Shown one piece after another: positions 49,182 to 61,075 of a stretch of DNA of 64,000 bases (positions within the stretch are counted from its first letter, which is position 1; the number at the start of each line of letters is the position of its first letter). The stretch is from Octopus sinensis (Eukaryota): the NCBI RefSeq assembly GCF_006345805.1, contig NC_042998.1, positions 183,458,001 through 183,522,000 on the forward strand, in the 5' to 3' direction. The position numbers and the translations under genes are program-made. Under the pieces are notes generated by a model that made no database searches, had not been told where the DNA came from, and saw only the letters and a list, made by a program, of their open reading frames with translations.

Positions 49182-49562
49182 AAAAAATATTTTGTAATGT
49201 TCATAAAGTTCAATTAGTGCTTTCATATGTTTTGTAGTAATCACCAGATTTCAAAATGTATTTAACTGACAGTTGAGGTCTTGACAACGGTTTTAACCAA
49301 TCAGCATGGAGCTTAAACGTCACAGTTTGCTAGGCATACTGATATTACCTTTGTTTTAACCAATTAGCTTGCAGTTTACATGTAATAGTTTTTTATGAGT
49401 GAGCAAACTTAGTTGATTATGATGTTTTTATTTCAATTGGTGGGAGTCTTCAAAAAGGTGTCAAGAGCTCAACTGTCAGTTAAATACATTTTGAAATCTG
49501 ATGATTACTATAAACGTATGAAAGCCCTAATTGCACTCTATGAACATTACAAAATTTTTTTT
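49182..49562. mobile_element. Foldback-type element with ~105-bp inverted arms
   Basis: 49182-49286 and 49459-49562 are reverse complements with scattered mismatches. Confidence 0.75.
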
Positions 49563-50897
49563 TTAATGTTCAACACACTTCAACATTGTAAAAACTATTT
49601 TTTTAAATACACTAATAAAAAACATGAAAACCAGACCATGTTATAATTTTATTCAAATGATACATACACTCACATGTGTTAGAGAAACAGAAGGGGGATA
49701 TGTAGAGAGACAGTGAGTGTGTGTGTGTGTTAGTGAACTATATGCAGAGAGAACAGTTGAGGAGTGATCACAGATTCAGTTGAATAAAGGACACACAATA
49801 TCATTACAGCTGTAGTGAAAGTGTTGTGTGATCAGCTGCCTAGGACTTGGTTTTAGGTTTAGAGGGGTGATAGACAGAAGGCAGGGGAGAGTTTGTCTTG
49901 GCAGTGGTGATGGTGATAGTGGTGGTAGAGCAGGAAGCATTAAGAGTGTGTGTGAGTATGCCTGGGGGATGGAGTGATAGGGGAAGGGAACAGTAGCCTG
50001 TATGGTGATGGTGGTGATGGTGGTGGTGGTGATAGTATGTCTAGGGCAAGGCAGCTGATAAAAGGTTCTACCTAAAATAGGAAGTGCTGAATCTGAATAC
50101 ATATAAGACCTGCTATTATAATAACAATAATGATGATTATAATAAATGATGATGATGATGGCTGTTGTTGTTGTTGTTGTTGTTGCTGCTGACATTTTAT
50201 GAATGAAAACCTGAACAAATACCTCTACCACTTGAAGATCAAGTTGAGTTGGACCCCAGAAACTAAACAAAAATCTGAATATATATATATATATATATAT
50301 GAATTGACAGATGATGATAATGATGTCAACAACAATAACAATAAGATTAATAATAATAATCAAATTAAAAATAAAAAGAGGGCAATCTGTGTGGGTGTAA
50401 GCACAGGTGTTCACATTGAGAGAAGAATTGTTTAAAAAAAAAACTAGGGTGGCAATGGTAGGGAGAGGGACATTATTGACTTCATCCTTTAATTTATGCT
50501 GTTGTTTGACTCCTTTACTATTTCTTCATTATATGCTATAATAGTGCTACACAGTATAAAGATGCCAGCTTGGCTGTGTGGTTAAGAGGCTTGCTTGCAT
50601 TGCAACCCAACCATATGGTTTCAGATTCAGTTCTGCAGTGTAGTTCTTTTAGCAAGATTCTTCTATCATAACCCCCCCTGGACTACGGTCATGCTGGGGC
50701 ATTGCCTTAAAGAATTTTTAGTCAAATGAATTGACACCAGTACTTTTATTTTGTTTTGTTTTTTTGAAGCCTGGTACTTGTTCTATCAGTTTCTTTTTAA
50801 CAAACTGCTAAGTTAAGATGTAAACACACCAACAACAGCTGTCAAGTGGGGTGGGGAACAAACACAAACACAAATAAATATATATATATAATCTCTT

Positions 50898-50928
<31 letters not shown>

Positions 50929-51054
50929 CTCTTACATATATTATATATATATATAATATATATAATATATATATATAACCCATGCTAGTATGGAAAATGG
51001 ACGTATGATGATGATGATGATATATATATATATATTATATATATATATATATAA

Positions 51055-51305
51055 TATCATCATCATCATCATCATCATCATCGTTTAACGTCCGTTTTCC
51101 GCGCTAGCACGGGTTGGACGGTTTCGACCGGGGTCTGGGGAGCTCGGGACTGCCCCAGGCTCCAGTCTAGTCTGGCAGTGTTTCTACAGCTGGATGCCCT
51201 TCCTAACGCCAACCACTCCGCGAGTGTAGTGGGTGTTTTTTACGTGCCACCTGCACAGGTGCCAGAGGGGTCTGGCATCGGTCACGTTCGGATGGTGCTT
51301 TTTAT
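51055..51305 (-). mobile_element. RTE 3' UTR-only copy, cut off by the G-rich satellite
   Basis: (ATC)n-GTTTAACGTCCGTTTTCC... tail. Similarity stops abruptly at the G run at about 51305. Confidence 0.78.
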
Positions 51306-51316
51306 GGGGGGGGGGG

Positions 51317-52120
51317 TGCAGAAATATAGGGGAGCACCAGTGGGAGGGGTGGTTCAGAGGACAGGTACTAGTCAAGTAGAACGTAGGATATCGAGAGAGG
51401 GGTAATGCATGGTGAAATAGCGTATTGAAGAGGGGGTTCAAAGAGTAGACACCTATAATGGTGGTGGGGGTGCAGAAATATAGGGGAGCACCAGTGGGAG
51501 GGGTGGTTCAGGGGACAGGTTCTAGGCAAGTAGAACGTAGGATATCGAGAGAGGGGTAATGCATGGTGAAATAGCGTATTGAAGAGGGGGTTCAAAGAGT
51601 AGACACCTATAATGGTGGTGGGGGTGCAGAAATATAGAGGAGCACCAGTGGGAGGGTGGGCACCAGTGGGAGGGGTGGTTCAGAGGACAGGTTCTAGGCA
51701 AGTAGAACGTAGGATATCGAGAGAGGGGTAATGCATGGTGAATAGCGTATTGAGAGGGGGTTCAAAGAGTAGACACCTATAATGGTGGTGGGGGTGCAGA
51801 AATATAGGGGAGTAACAGTGGGAGGGGTGGTTCAGAGGACAGTTCTAGGCAAGTAGAACGTAGGATATCGAGAGAGGGGTAATGCATGGTGAAATAGCGT
51901 ATTGAAGAGGGGGTTCAAAGAGTAGACACCTATAATGGTGGTGGGGGGATGCAGAAATATAGGGGAGCACCAGTGGGAGGGGTGAGCAACAGTGGGAGGG
52001 GTGGTCCAGAGGACAGGTTCTAGGCAAGAAGAACGTAGGATATCGAGAGAGAGGGGTAATGCATGGTGAAATAGCGTATTGAGAGGGGGTTCAAAGAGTA
52101 GACACCTATATGGTGGTGGG
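51317..52120. repeat. G-rich ~154-bp satellite, five units
   Basis: TGCAGAAATAT recurs at 51317, 51471, 51625, 51795 and 51950. Confidence 0.92.
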
Positions 52121-52199
52121 AGAAAACGGCATCCGGTATAGTTGGAGCAAAATAGAGTATCCGGTATTGGTGGTGGGGGTGGGTAGGGCGGGGGGCGCG

Positions 52200-52554
52200 C
52201 CGCGAAGAATCGGCAGCCAATTTCTATAAGGGAGATATATCTTAAATATCTATAACGATAACTAGTGAATTATACAGAATATGCAAAAACGAGGCGAGGC
52301 TGAAAATAGTAAACAGAGTGGCGACTAGGGGGATCAGAATAATAATAATTAATAAATAATAATAATAAATAGAGATACGGATGAATTAAAGTTCAAAGAT
52401 TTCTTATCTTGAGATCACTTCGTTTACGGACAGACTTGGCAAAGGAATTCGGAATCAAGAATGAGGCAGTTTACTAGCTTAAGTATGCATAGCCATGGCG
52501 GGTGGTAGGAAGAGAGGAGTCCAGACAGATGACAATGTAAAAAGAGGGGAAGAG

Positions 52555-52597
<43 letters not shown>

Positions 52598-52752
52598 CCG
52601 CGAAGAATCGGCAGCCAATTTCTATAAGGGAGATATATCTTAAATATCTATAACGATAACTAGTGAATTATACAGAATATGCAAAAACGAGGCGAGGCTG
52701 AAAATAGTAAACAGAGTGGCGACTAGGGGGATCAGAATAATAATAATTAATA
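52200..52752. repeat. Two identical ~155-bp direct repeats flanking a ~240-bp insert that ends in ~41 A
   Basis: CCGCGAAGAATCGG...GGATCAGAATAATAATAATTAATA starts at 52200 and 52598. Poly(A) at about 52555-52595. Confidence 0.88.
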
Positions 52753-52830
52753 TATATATATAGAAGACACTTGCCCAAGGTGCCATTCAGTGGCACTAAA
52801 CCTGGAACCATATTGTTGGGAGACAATCTT

Positions 52831-53029
52831 AGATAGATAGATAGATAGATAGATATATAGGTAGATAGGTAGATAGATAGATAGGTAGATAGATAGATAG
52901 AGAGGGGTAGATAGATAGATAGATAGATAGATAGGTGGATAGATAGAGAGGGGTAGATAGATAGATAGATAGATAGGTGGATAGATAGATAGATAGGTGG
53001 ATAGATAGGTAGATAGATAGATAGATAGA
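52831..53029. repeat. (GATA)n compound microsatellite
   Basis: Read directly from the sequence. Confidence 0.95.
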
Positions 53030-54089
53030 GGTGTGCATTCATCCTTACCACTTTGATGTAAATTCAAATGGGAATATTGTTATCATCATCATTTAACGTC
53101 CATCTTCCATGACGCTGGAATGGTTTGGGTGGTTGAACAGAATTCAATGAGCCGGAGGATTGTGTTGAGCTCCACAATCTCTTTTGGCATGTTTTTTCTA
53201 CAGGTGAATACCCTTCCTTAATACTAGCCACTTTACAGAGTGTACTTGGTACTTTATAATGAGTGTACTTTCATGATACCAGCACTAGTGAGGTCACCAA
53301 GTAACTGACAAGACAGTAGAGAGGGACGTGGTTTTATGTCAGGTGGTGGAGAACAGGCACAGTGGTGGGTGGGAGAAGCTGGAAGGAAGACAGAGATGAT
53401 GAGAAAGTGTTAGAGCATAGTCTCAAGGTATGGGAAATGAGTATATAAGAGGAGCAGGAAGAGTGGGTGAGAAAGTTCATAAAGAGAGTGGGGGGGGAAC
53501 AGATGGTTAAAGATGGGGGTAGAGGTGAATGTTGTGAATGATGAACAAGGGTGGAGGTATGGAAAATATCTGTATGGAATGGGGGGGGGGCGTTTAAGGT
53601 GAAAGATATAGGAGTAGCTCAAAAAGGAGGGGGAGATAAGTGTCAGGATAGGAAAAATGGAGAGCATCAGTATAATAAGCCTGTAGGGAGATGATGCATG
53701 CACACACTTACACACACACATTATGTGTGTGTGTGTGTGTGTGTGTGCTTTATATATTTGTGTCTTTGTGTATTCTAAATATGCAATGGAAACACTGCAA
53801 AGTGCACAATACTGCCTATAGAATTAAAATAATATTCATTATCAATTACGACTGTTTGAAGTTGCCAGTATACACGAAACTTTGAAGTAAATAGTCACCA
53901 TTGATAGATAATGTGTGTGTATGTGTGTGTAAAAGATAAGAGACAACCAAATGGATTGATAATAGGAAAGGCATCCAAGTGTAAAACACTATCTCAGCAA
54001 ACCTGTCTAACTCATGTCAGCATGGAAAATCAGATGTAAAGTGACAATGATGATGACTACAATGACGTAGATGATGATATACCATCAGG

Positions 54090-54529
54090 GGATCTTTTCG
54101 GTTTGACTGACAGTTTTTAAAAATAATTTCCATGTAACTAAACACTTTTAAACATCGTATACTGGTAGAATGTGTTTATAAAACATCTTTTTCTCTTGGC
54201 TTTATTGAGAAAATTCTATAGTTTGTAAGATATTTGTTGTTTTTTTCTCTTCAATTTCTGCAATTTCAACTAATCATTGACGTCTATTGAGGTGAAAACA
54301 TTATGTGCCGTATGAATATGTCCCTCGTTTAAGAAACAGATTGGGTTTATTTACATTTCTGAAGAAATAAAGATACCCTTCCCTCCACCCCTAACCCTAA
54401 CCTTAACCCTAACTAACCCTAACCCTAAAACAGATTGAAATGCAATAGATCGATACTAGGGTCATAATTATGGGTGACAATTTCATATGACACCGCTAGA
54501 AAAAACTGCCGTTCAAACTGAAAAGATCC
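54090..54529. mobile_element. Merlin-like MITE, second intact copy
   Basis: Same TIRs, 8-bp TSD CCATCAGG, and a longer CCCTAA tract at about 54389-54426. Confidence 0.82.
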
Positions 54530-56988
54530 CCATCAGGGTACAATCTACTTTCATCAAAGATATTGAACTTCTATTTCTTATATATTTTACTGATGTTGTA
54601 AAACAGCTTCTACATCCTGTAAAAGGAAAACAATAATGAAAGTATTTGAAGAGGATGGAGAAATGGTTTTCTAGCCTGTCCAGTCACATGGCTGAAACCA
54701 GTAAGAGTCAAGGAGAGTTTAATGGTGTTAAACAGCAGTGGTAACTCCAATGTTCTATTGAGTCAAAGGGACACTCCTGAGGGAAGAAGGCTTCATTTTT
54801 ATATAAAGCTATATATTTACACTATACAATATCTATGTATAGTGAGATGGACAGAATTACTGCGAGGGACACAAGTTAATGCCTGTCATGGGATATGAAG
54901 TACTGATCTCTCAGTAGGTCAACCAGTATAGTACTGACTATACCAGGAAGTAAATACAGTAATGTAATATGTGTAGGAGACATCACCATCATCATAATCA
55001 TCTAGTCGGCAAGAAGCCTCTGTGTGCTCAATTAAATTACAAGATATAGCTGCTAAATTTCCTTGAAATTACATTCTGCCATCCAAAACAAAATTGAATG
55101 GATAATACATTTGTGTATGTTGTGTACTTGATTAGAGTACTTCATTTCATTTCATACTGCTCCAGTCTGCTCAACTGTAAAGAGTGCTAACTAGATACAG
55201 GCACAGACCCCATCTTCTACCTGTCACAGTTTGGATGTTCTCCTGGGTCAACAAAGAAGAGAAAAAGAAAGCCTCTGTGTCTGAGGCTTCATAGGAACCC
55301 AAAACAACAAAAACAATCTCCCTCAAATTAGTTACAGTCCTAGATATATAAAAAGATGAGATAGCCACGACTGGAGAGCCTTTGATCTTAGGTGTAACTG
55401 ATCTAGTGTTAAACAACAATACACATTGATCTTTTCTAGAACTAGTCTGACATCACAGAAACAATCAGGAAATGAAACAATATTTTTGGAATGTCTAATT
55501 ACTGTTTCTAATTTAGGCACAAGGTTGACAATTTTCAAAGAAGGCAGTTAGTTGATTACACTGAACACAGTACTTTAGTAATTTATTTTTATTTTATCAA
55601 CCTAATGACAGGCAAAGGTGACCTTGTTAGGATTTGAACTAACAATGTAAGTGGTTGGAACAATACTGCAAGACATTTTGTCTGACATTAACAATTCTGT
55701 GGATTTTTGCTTTTGGTGATGATGGTAATAGTAATAATGGTTTCAAATTTTGGTGCGAAGCCAGCAATTTTAGGGGAGGGGTAAGTTGGTTACATCAACC
55801 CCAGTATCAAGTGTTACTTATTTTATTGATCCCAAAGGGATGAAATGCAAAGTCAACCCCAGTGGAATTTGAACTCAGAATGTGAAGAAGGATGAAATGC
55901 TAAGCTTTTTTTCTCAGAGTGCTAACGATTCTGCCAGTTTGCTACCTTATGGTAATAGTAAATATTTCTCTTATTTGCTACCAGGGCATCAAATGAGGAG
56001 ACATTACAAGGACAGTTTACAATCAGTGTAAACACAGACACACAAACATATACACACACACATACATATATATATATAATACATATATACAACGGGCTTC
56101 TTTCAGTTTCCGTCTACCAAATCCACTCATAAGGCTTTGGTCGGCCCGAGGCTATAGTAGAAAACACTTGCCCAAGGTACCACGCAGTGGGAATGAACCA
56201 GGAACCATGTGGTTGGTAAGCAAGCTACTTACCACACAGCCACTCCTGGGCCTATTTATTTATATATTTTTAATACAACAATTATTTTTCACACGTGTAT
56301 ATCTTTCTAAGGAGTTTTGATATTGATTTCCTTATATTAATAATAATACATTATTAAAAAATATATTTATACATATATATAATCGCTCGTATTAAATATA
56401 TGAATACTTTAATAGTATTAATACTTTGATACCCTAGAGCACTCAATATAAATTCAGTATATAATATTCTCATTGAATATATTTAACTAAAGATTATTAT
56501 TATCATTATTAATAATAATAATAATAATAATAATGATTTATAATAGTAACACAACTTGCGATACTAACTTTTCATTCATACACCTACAAGAAAATTTGAG
56601 ACTGGCACTGAAAGTTAAAAGAGTTATCAAGTCACGCATCATATTCCTGCTGTTAACACAAGCTGTGCTTCTCTGTCATATCACCTTTGTAACTTCTAAG
56701 TGTATTTACCAGGGATTCAGCATACTCCCATAAGCATGGTATGAAACAGTAATCCCCTCAACTGTAAGGTTAGCAGGCTGACAATTCCACCAGCTGCAGT
56801 TTTCAAACCAATACATCTGCTATTGTGCAGTAGCTGTTTTATTATTATTATCCAACACAAAAATGTACAGTCACGTCACATGGCTACACTGTCTACCATA
56901 TTAACACACATGATGCATTATTACAAGTCTGCCTATATTTGTGCAACTATCAGTCTTCAATGCATTAACCAATCAACTAATGCCTCTT

Positions 56989-58590
56989 AGAAATGTTAGC
57001 ACGCCGGGCGAAATGCATATCCGTATTTCGTCTGCCATTACGTTCTGGGTTCAAATTCCGCCGAGGTCAACTTTGCCTTTCATCCTTTCGGGGTCGATAA
57101 ATTAAGTACCAGTTACACACTGGAGTCGATGTAATCAACTTAATCCATTTGTCAGTCCTTGTTTGTCCCCTCTATGTTTAGCCCCTTGTAGGTAGTAAAT
57201 AAAAAAAAAAATATATATATTATTATTATTAAAGGTGGTGAGTGGCAGAATCGTTAGTACGCTGGGCAAAATACTTAGTGGCATCTCATTCATCTTTATG
57301 TTCTGAGTTCAAATTCTGCTGAGGTCAACTTTGCCTTTCATCCTTTTGGGATCAATAAATTAAGTATCAGTGAAACACTGGGGTCACTGTAATTGGCGAG
57401 TCCCCTCCCCATAAATTTCAGGCCTTGTACCTTTAGTAGAAAGGATTATTATCATTATTATTAAAACTGGGAGCTAGCATTATTGTTTGCATGCCAGGCA
57501 AAATGCTACTAAAAATTTTGCCTGTCTTTACGTTATAAGTTCAAATTCCACCAAGGTTGACTCTGCCTTTCATCTGTTTGGGGCTGATGAAATAAAGTAC
57601 CAGTTGAGTACTGGAATCGATGTAATTGATTAGTCCCAACTCCAAAATTTCCAACCTTTATACATATAATAGGAAGGATTAGGTTGGATAAATTGCTTAG
57701 TGGCATTTAATCCATCTTCATGTCCTGGTTTCAAATGCTGCCATGGTTGACTTTACCTTTCATCCTTTTGGGGTTGATGAATTAAGTACCATTAAAACAC
57801 TAGGATCAATATAATTTACTAGCTCCCTTCCCACAAAATTTCAGGCCTTGTGCATATAATAGGAAGGACTGTTGTTATTCATCATCATCATCATTGTTTA
57901 ACGTCCGCTTTCCATGCGAGCATGGGTTGGAAGATTTGACTGAGGGCTGGCAAACCAGATGGCTACACCAGGCTCCAATCTGATCTGGCAGAGTTTCTAC
58001 AGCTGGATGCCCTTCCTAACGCCAACCACTCTGAGAGGGTAGTGGGTGCTTTTACGTGCCACTGAGAGCCAGTCAGGCGGTACTGGCAACAGCCATGCTT
58101 TAACTGTTGTCTTTTACGTGCCACCTGCACAGGAGTCAGTCCAGTGGCACTGGCAATGATCTCATTTGAATGCTTTGTTCATGTGCCAGTAAGGCGACGC
58201 TGGTAACGACCATGCTTAAATGGTGTTTTTTAATTATTATTATTATTGAAGTGGTGAGCTGGCAGAATTGTTAGCATGCTAGACAGAATGCTTAGCGGTA
58301 TTTCGCCTGTCACTACATTCTGAGTTCAAATTCTGTCGAGGTCGACTTTGTCTTTCATCTTTTTACAGTCGATAAATTAAGTACCAGTGAAACACTAGGG
58401 TCAGTGTATTTGACAGTCCCCTTTCTACAAATTTCAGGCCTTGTGCCTATGGTAGAAAACATTATTGTTATTATTATTAAGGTGGCGAGCTAGCAGAATT
58501 CCAGGGTTGATAAAATAAGAACCAGTCAAGCACTGATATAATCGACCAATCCCCTCCCCCAAATTTCAGGCCTCGTGTCTATTGTAGAAA
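56989..58590 (+). mobile_element. Cluster of family A SINEs and an alternative-tail variant (A'), about six copies, with one RTE tail inside
   Basis: Repeated GAGCTGGCAGAAT...TCAAATTC...TTTCATC...AAGTACCAG units. The A' copies end ...AAATTTCAGGCCTTGT...AGAAAGG and are separated by (TTA)n. Confidence 0.75.
57880..58225 (-). mobile_element. RTE 3' UTR-only copy
   Basis: Reverse-complement tail plus degenerate modules. Confidence 0.75.
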
Positions 58591-58617
58591 GGGTTGTTGT
58601 TGTTTTTATTATTATTA

Positions 58618-59160
58618 GTCACGTAAAAAGCACCATCCAATCGTGGCCGTTTGCCAGCCTCGCCTGACACGTAAAAAGCACCCACTACACTCACGGAGTG
58701 GTTGGCCTTAGGGAGGGCATCCAGCCGTAGAAACATTGCCAGATCAGACTGGGCCTGGTGCAGCCTTCTGGCTTCCCAAACCCCAGTTGAACCGTCCAAT
58801 CCATGTTAGCATGGAAAGCGGACGCTAAATGATGATGATGATGATACTCACGGAGTGGTTGGCGTTAGGGAGGGCATCCAGCCGTAGAAACACTGCCAGA
58901 TCAGACTGGGCCTGGTGCAGCCTTCTGGCTTCCCAGACCCCGGTCGAACTGTCCAATCCATGCTGGCATGGAAAGTGGACGCTAAATGATGATGATGATG
59001 ATGATGATACACTCACGGAGTGGTTGGCGTTAGGGAGGGCATCCAGCCGTAGAAACATTGCCAGATCAGACTGGAGCCTGGTGCAGCCTTCTGGCTTCCC
59101 AGACCCCAGTTGAACCGTCCAACCCATGCTAGCATGGAAAGCGGACACTAAACGATGATG
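58618..59160 (+). mobile_element. Three head-to-tail RTE 3' tail copies
   Basis: Three ACTCACGGAGTGGTTGGC...ATGGAAAG(C/T)GGAC(G/A)CTAAA(T/C)GATGATG units. Confidence 0.82.
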
Positions 59161-60714
59161 AAGTGTTAGTACTATAGCATTATATATTTCTGACAATTCA
59201 AATTAGCTTGTACAATATTCCAGGCAATCACATGTTTTTCTTCCTTCCCTCATTTAACTGTGGTCTCTGTAGGCTAAACACACACACACACACACCGAAA
59301 TCCCACCAGAATTTAGAGTTTTTTTTTTTAAAATTAAACCAAGTATGAGGATAACAATAGTGAGAGGTGTAAAACTGTCTCAACTGAACAGCTACATCTA
59401 TCTTATTGCTACTCAACGTGTCAGTAGAATTCTCATCACTGCACACCCAACTAATCGTACTTCTGCTCATTTTCTCTCTAGTTGTTATTATTAAAGGTAG
59501 TCTTCTCTGCTCTCACTGTATAGTTCACATTTCATTGCAACACAGCATCACACGCCTGTCACATGTATCGGTTTGTACACACAAGACTCCATCTCCATCT
59601 CCCTCTGTCTCTCGCTCTCTCTTTCTGTGAATTTCTCTCTCTTCGTAAAAGAAAAAAAAAACATAAAACATATTCTAGATTTATGTGAAACATCTCTACC
59701 ACTACAACCATCACCATGACCACTACCCACCAATTTCATTTTTACTTTTTGGTGCTGGTAGCACATGTCATGTTGGCGGTGGTGATGGTGGGGGGGATGG
59801 AGCTGGAAGGTTACTAAATACAGCCGAGGTTATGTGAAGTAATCTCTCTCTCTCTGTCTCTCTTACCAAAAATGAGAAGGTGCTGGATGGGAGGTGAAGC
59901 TAAAAGTAGCACACACACACTGACACATACAAAACCCTACAAAGGCAAGAATACATGGATATAAGTCATATTAATTTAAAGTACTTTATTACTAATCAGC
60001 AAACACCATCAATAGCATACGTGCCCTACCCATACCGGCACCCCCACTAGCACCAGCAGTAGCAACAGCGCCAGCAGTTGCAGCAGCAACAGCCCCCTCC
60101 GCCCCGTTATTTCTCCCATTTATAAAAACTGAGAACAGTTTTAAGTAAAACTAAACTCAAATAAATAAATAAATAAATAAATAAATCAAAGCAACATAAT
60201 GTTTTTATGTTATGTTTTTTGTTTGTTTTTGTTTTCTAAAGTTCAAATGATGAAGTGGAGGAGTGGTGTTGTGGAGGGAAAAAAAAAACCAGGGGAGGAG
60301 ATGAGAATTACAAATATTATCTAGACATTCTTCCTTTGAGCAACAAACTAGATGTTTGTTTAAAAAGCAATTCCAACGAGAAATTAAAGCATTGCTATAT
60401 TCTTCAGACAATGACGGCAGTGTTGGTAGCAATATTCAAAGTGGTGATGGTGGTGGGTGGTTGTGGCGGGGGGGCTTCATAATGAAGATGACAACACTGA
60501 TAATGACTGAAGGGATGATGGTAATGATGATGGTGGTAGAGGTGGTGTTGATGATGATGATGAAGATGATGAGGAGGAGGATGACAACAATGATGGGGCA
60601 GGGATTCAACAATATTGTTGATAGTGCTGGTACTGAAGTGAATGATAACGATGATGATGATGATGGTGATGGTGGTGGTGATGAGGAAGAGATGGTACAA
60701 TTCAAATTAAGCCG

Positions 60715-61075
60715 CACATTAAGAGTATGAGGCTGCATGGTAGTGATACACAGACTTTGAATACAGAATATCTGCAGAGAGTCTGGAGAGAAATGAGGCA
60801 AACACGATTCGCTGAACATGTAAAGTAAGCTTGCATTAAAGGCAGGAGCACAAGTGAACCGAAAGAGTAGCTGGGTACTACAGGCATCAGCTGATACATA
60901 CGGGGGAACAATGACTGCATTGGTTACTGACATGTGATGTGAACAGATAATAAGAACTGAGTGAAAGAGTGCCATGCACTGAGAGTGGAAGGAATCTATG
61001 GCAGAAGACCAAAGAAGTAGTGAGATCCATAGAGGTTCAGTCCACATGAAATAACAGAATATTGAAAACAAGAGG
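60715..61075 (+). mobile_element. Old RTE reverse-transcriptase remnant
   Basis: Frame KSMRLHGSDTQTLNTEYLQRVWREMR resembles the RTE motif LHGSETW. Downstream DNA resembles the LGI..I...RRLxWxGHV region. Heavily decayed. Confidence 0.5.

Noticed and set aside
49776-50414. 212-aa minus-strand ORF (likewise 60356-60730, 60436-61071, 52668-53067, 21468-21840 and 63485-63853)
   Set aside because: These ORFs are built from microsatellite, low-complexity or antisense LINE sequence and have no recognisable domain.
51317-52752. Ribozyme or tRNA fold in the satellite or the 155-bp repeats
   Set aside because: I found no CUGANGA/GAAA pair or A/B boxes on either strand by eye.
54389-54426. (CCCTAA)n as a relic chromosome end or fusion site
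   Set aside because: It lies at a fixed position inside a TIR/TSD-bounded MITE present three times in the window.
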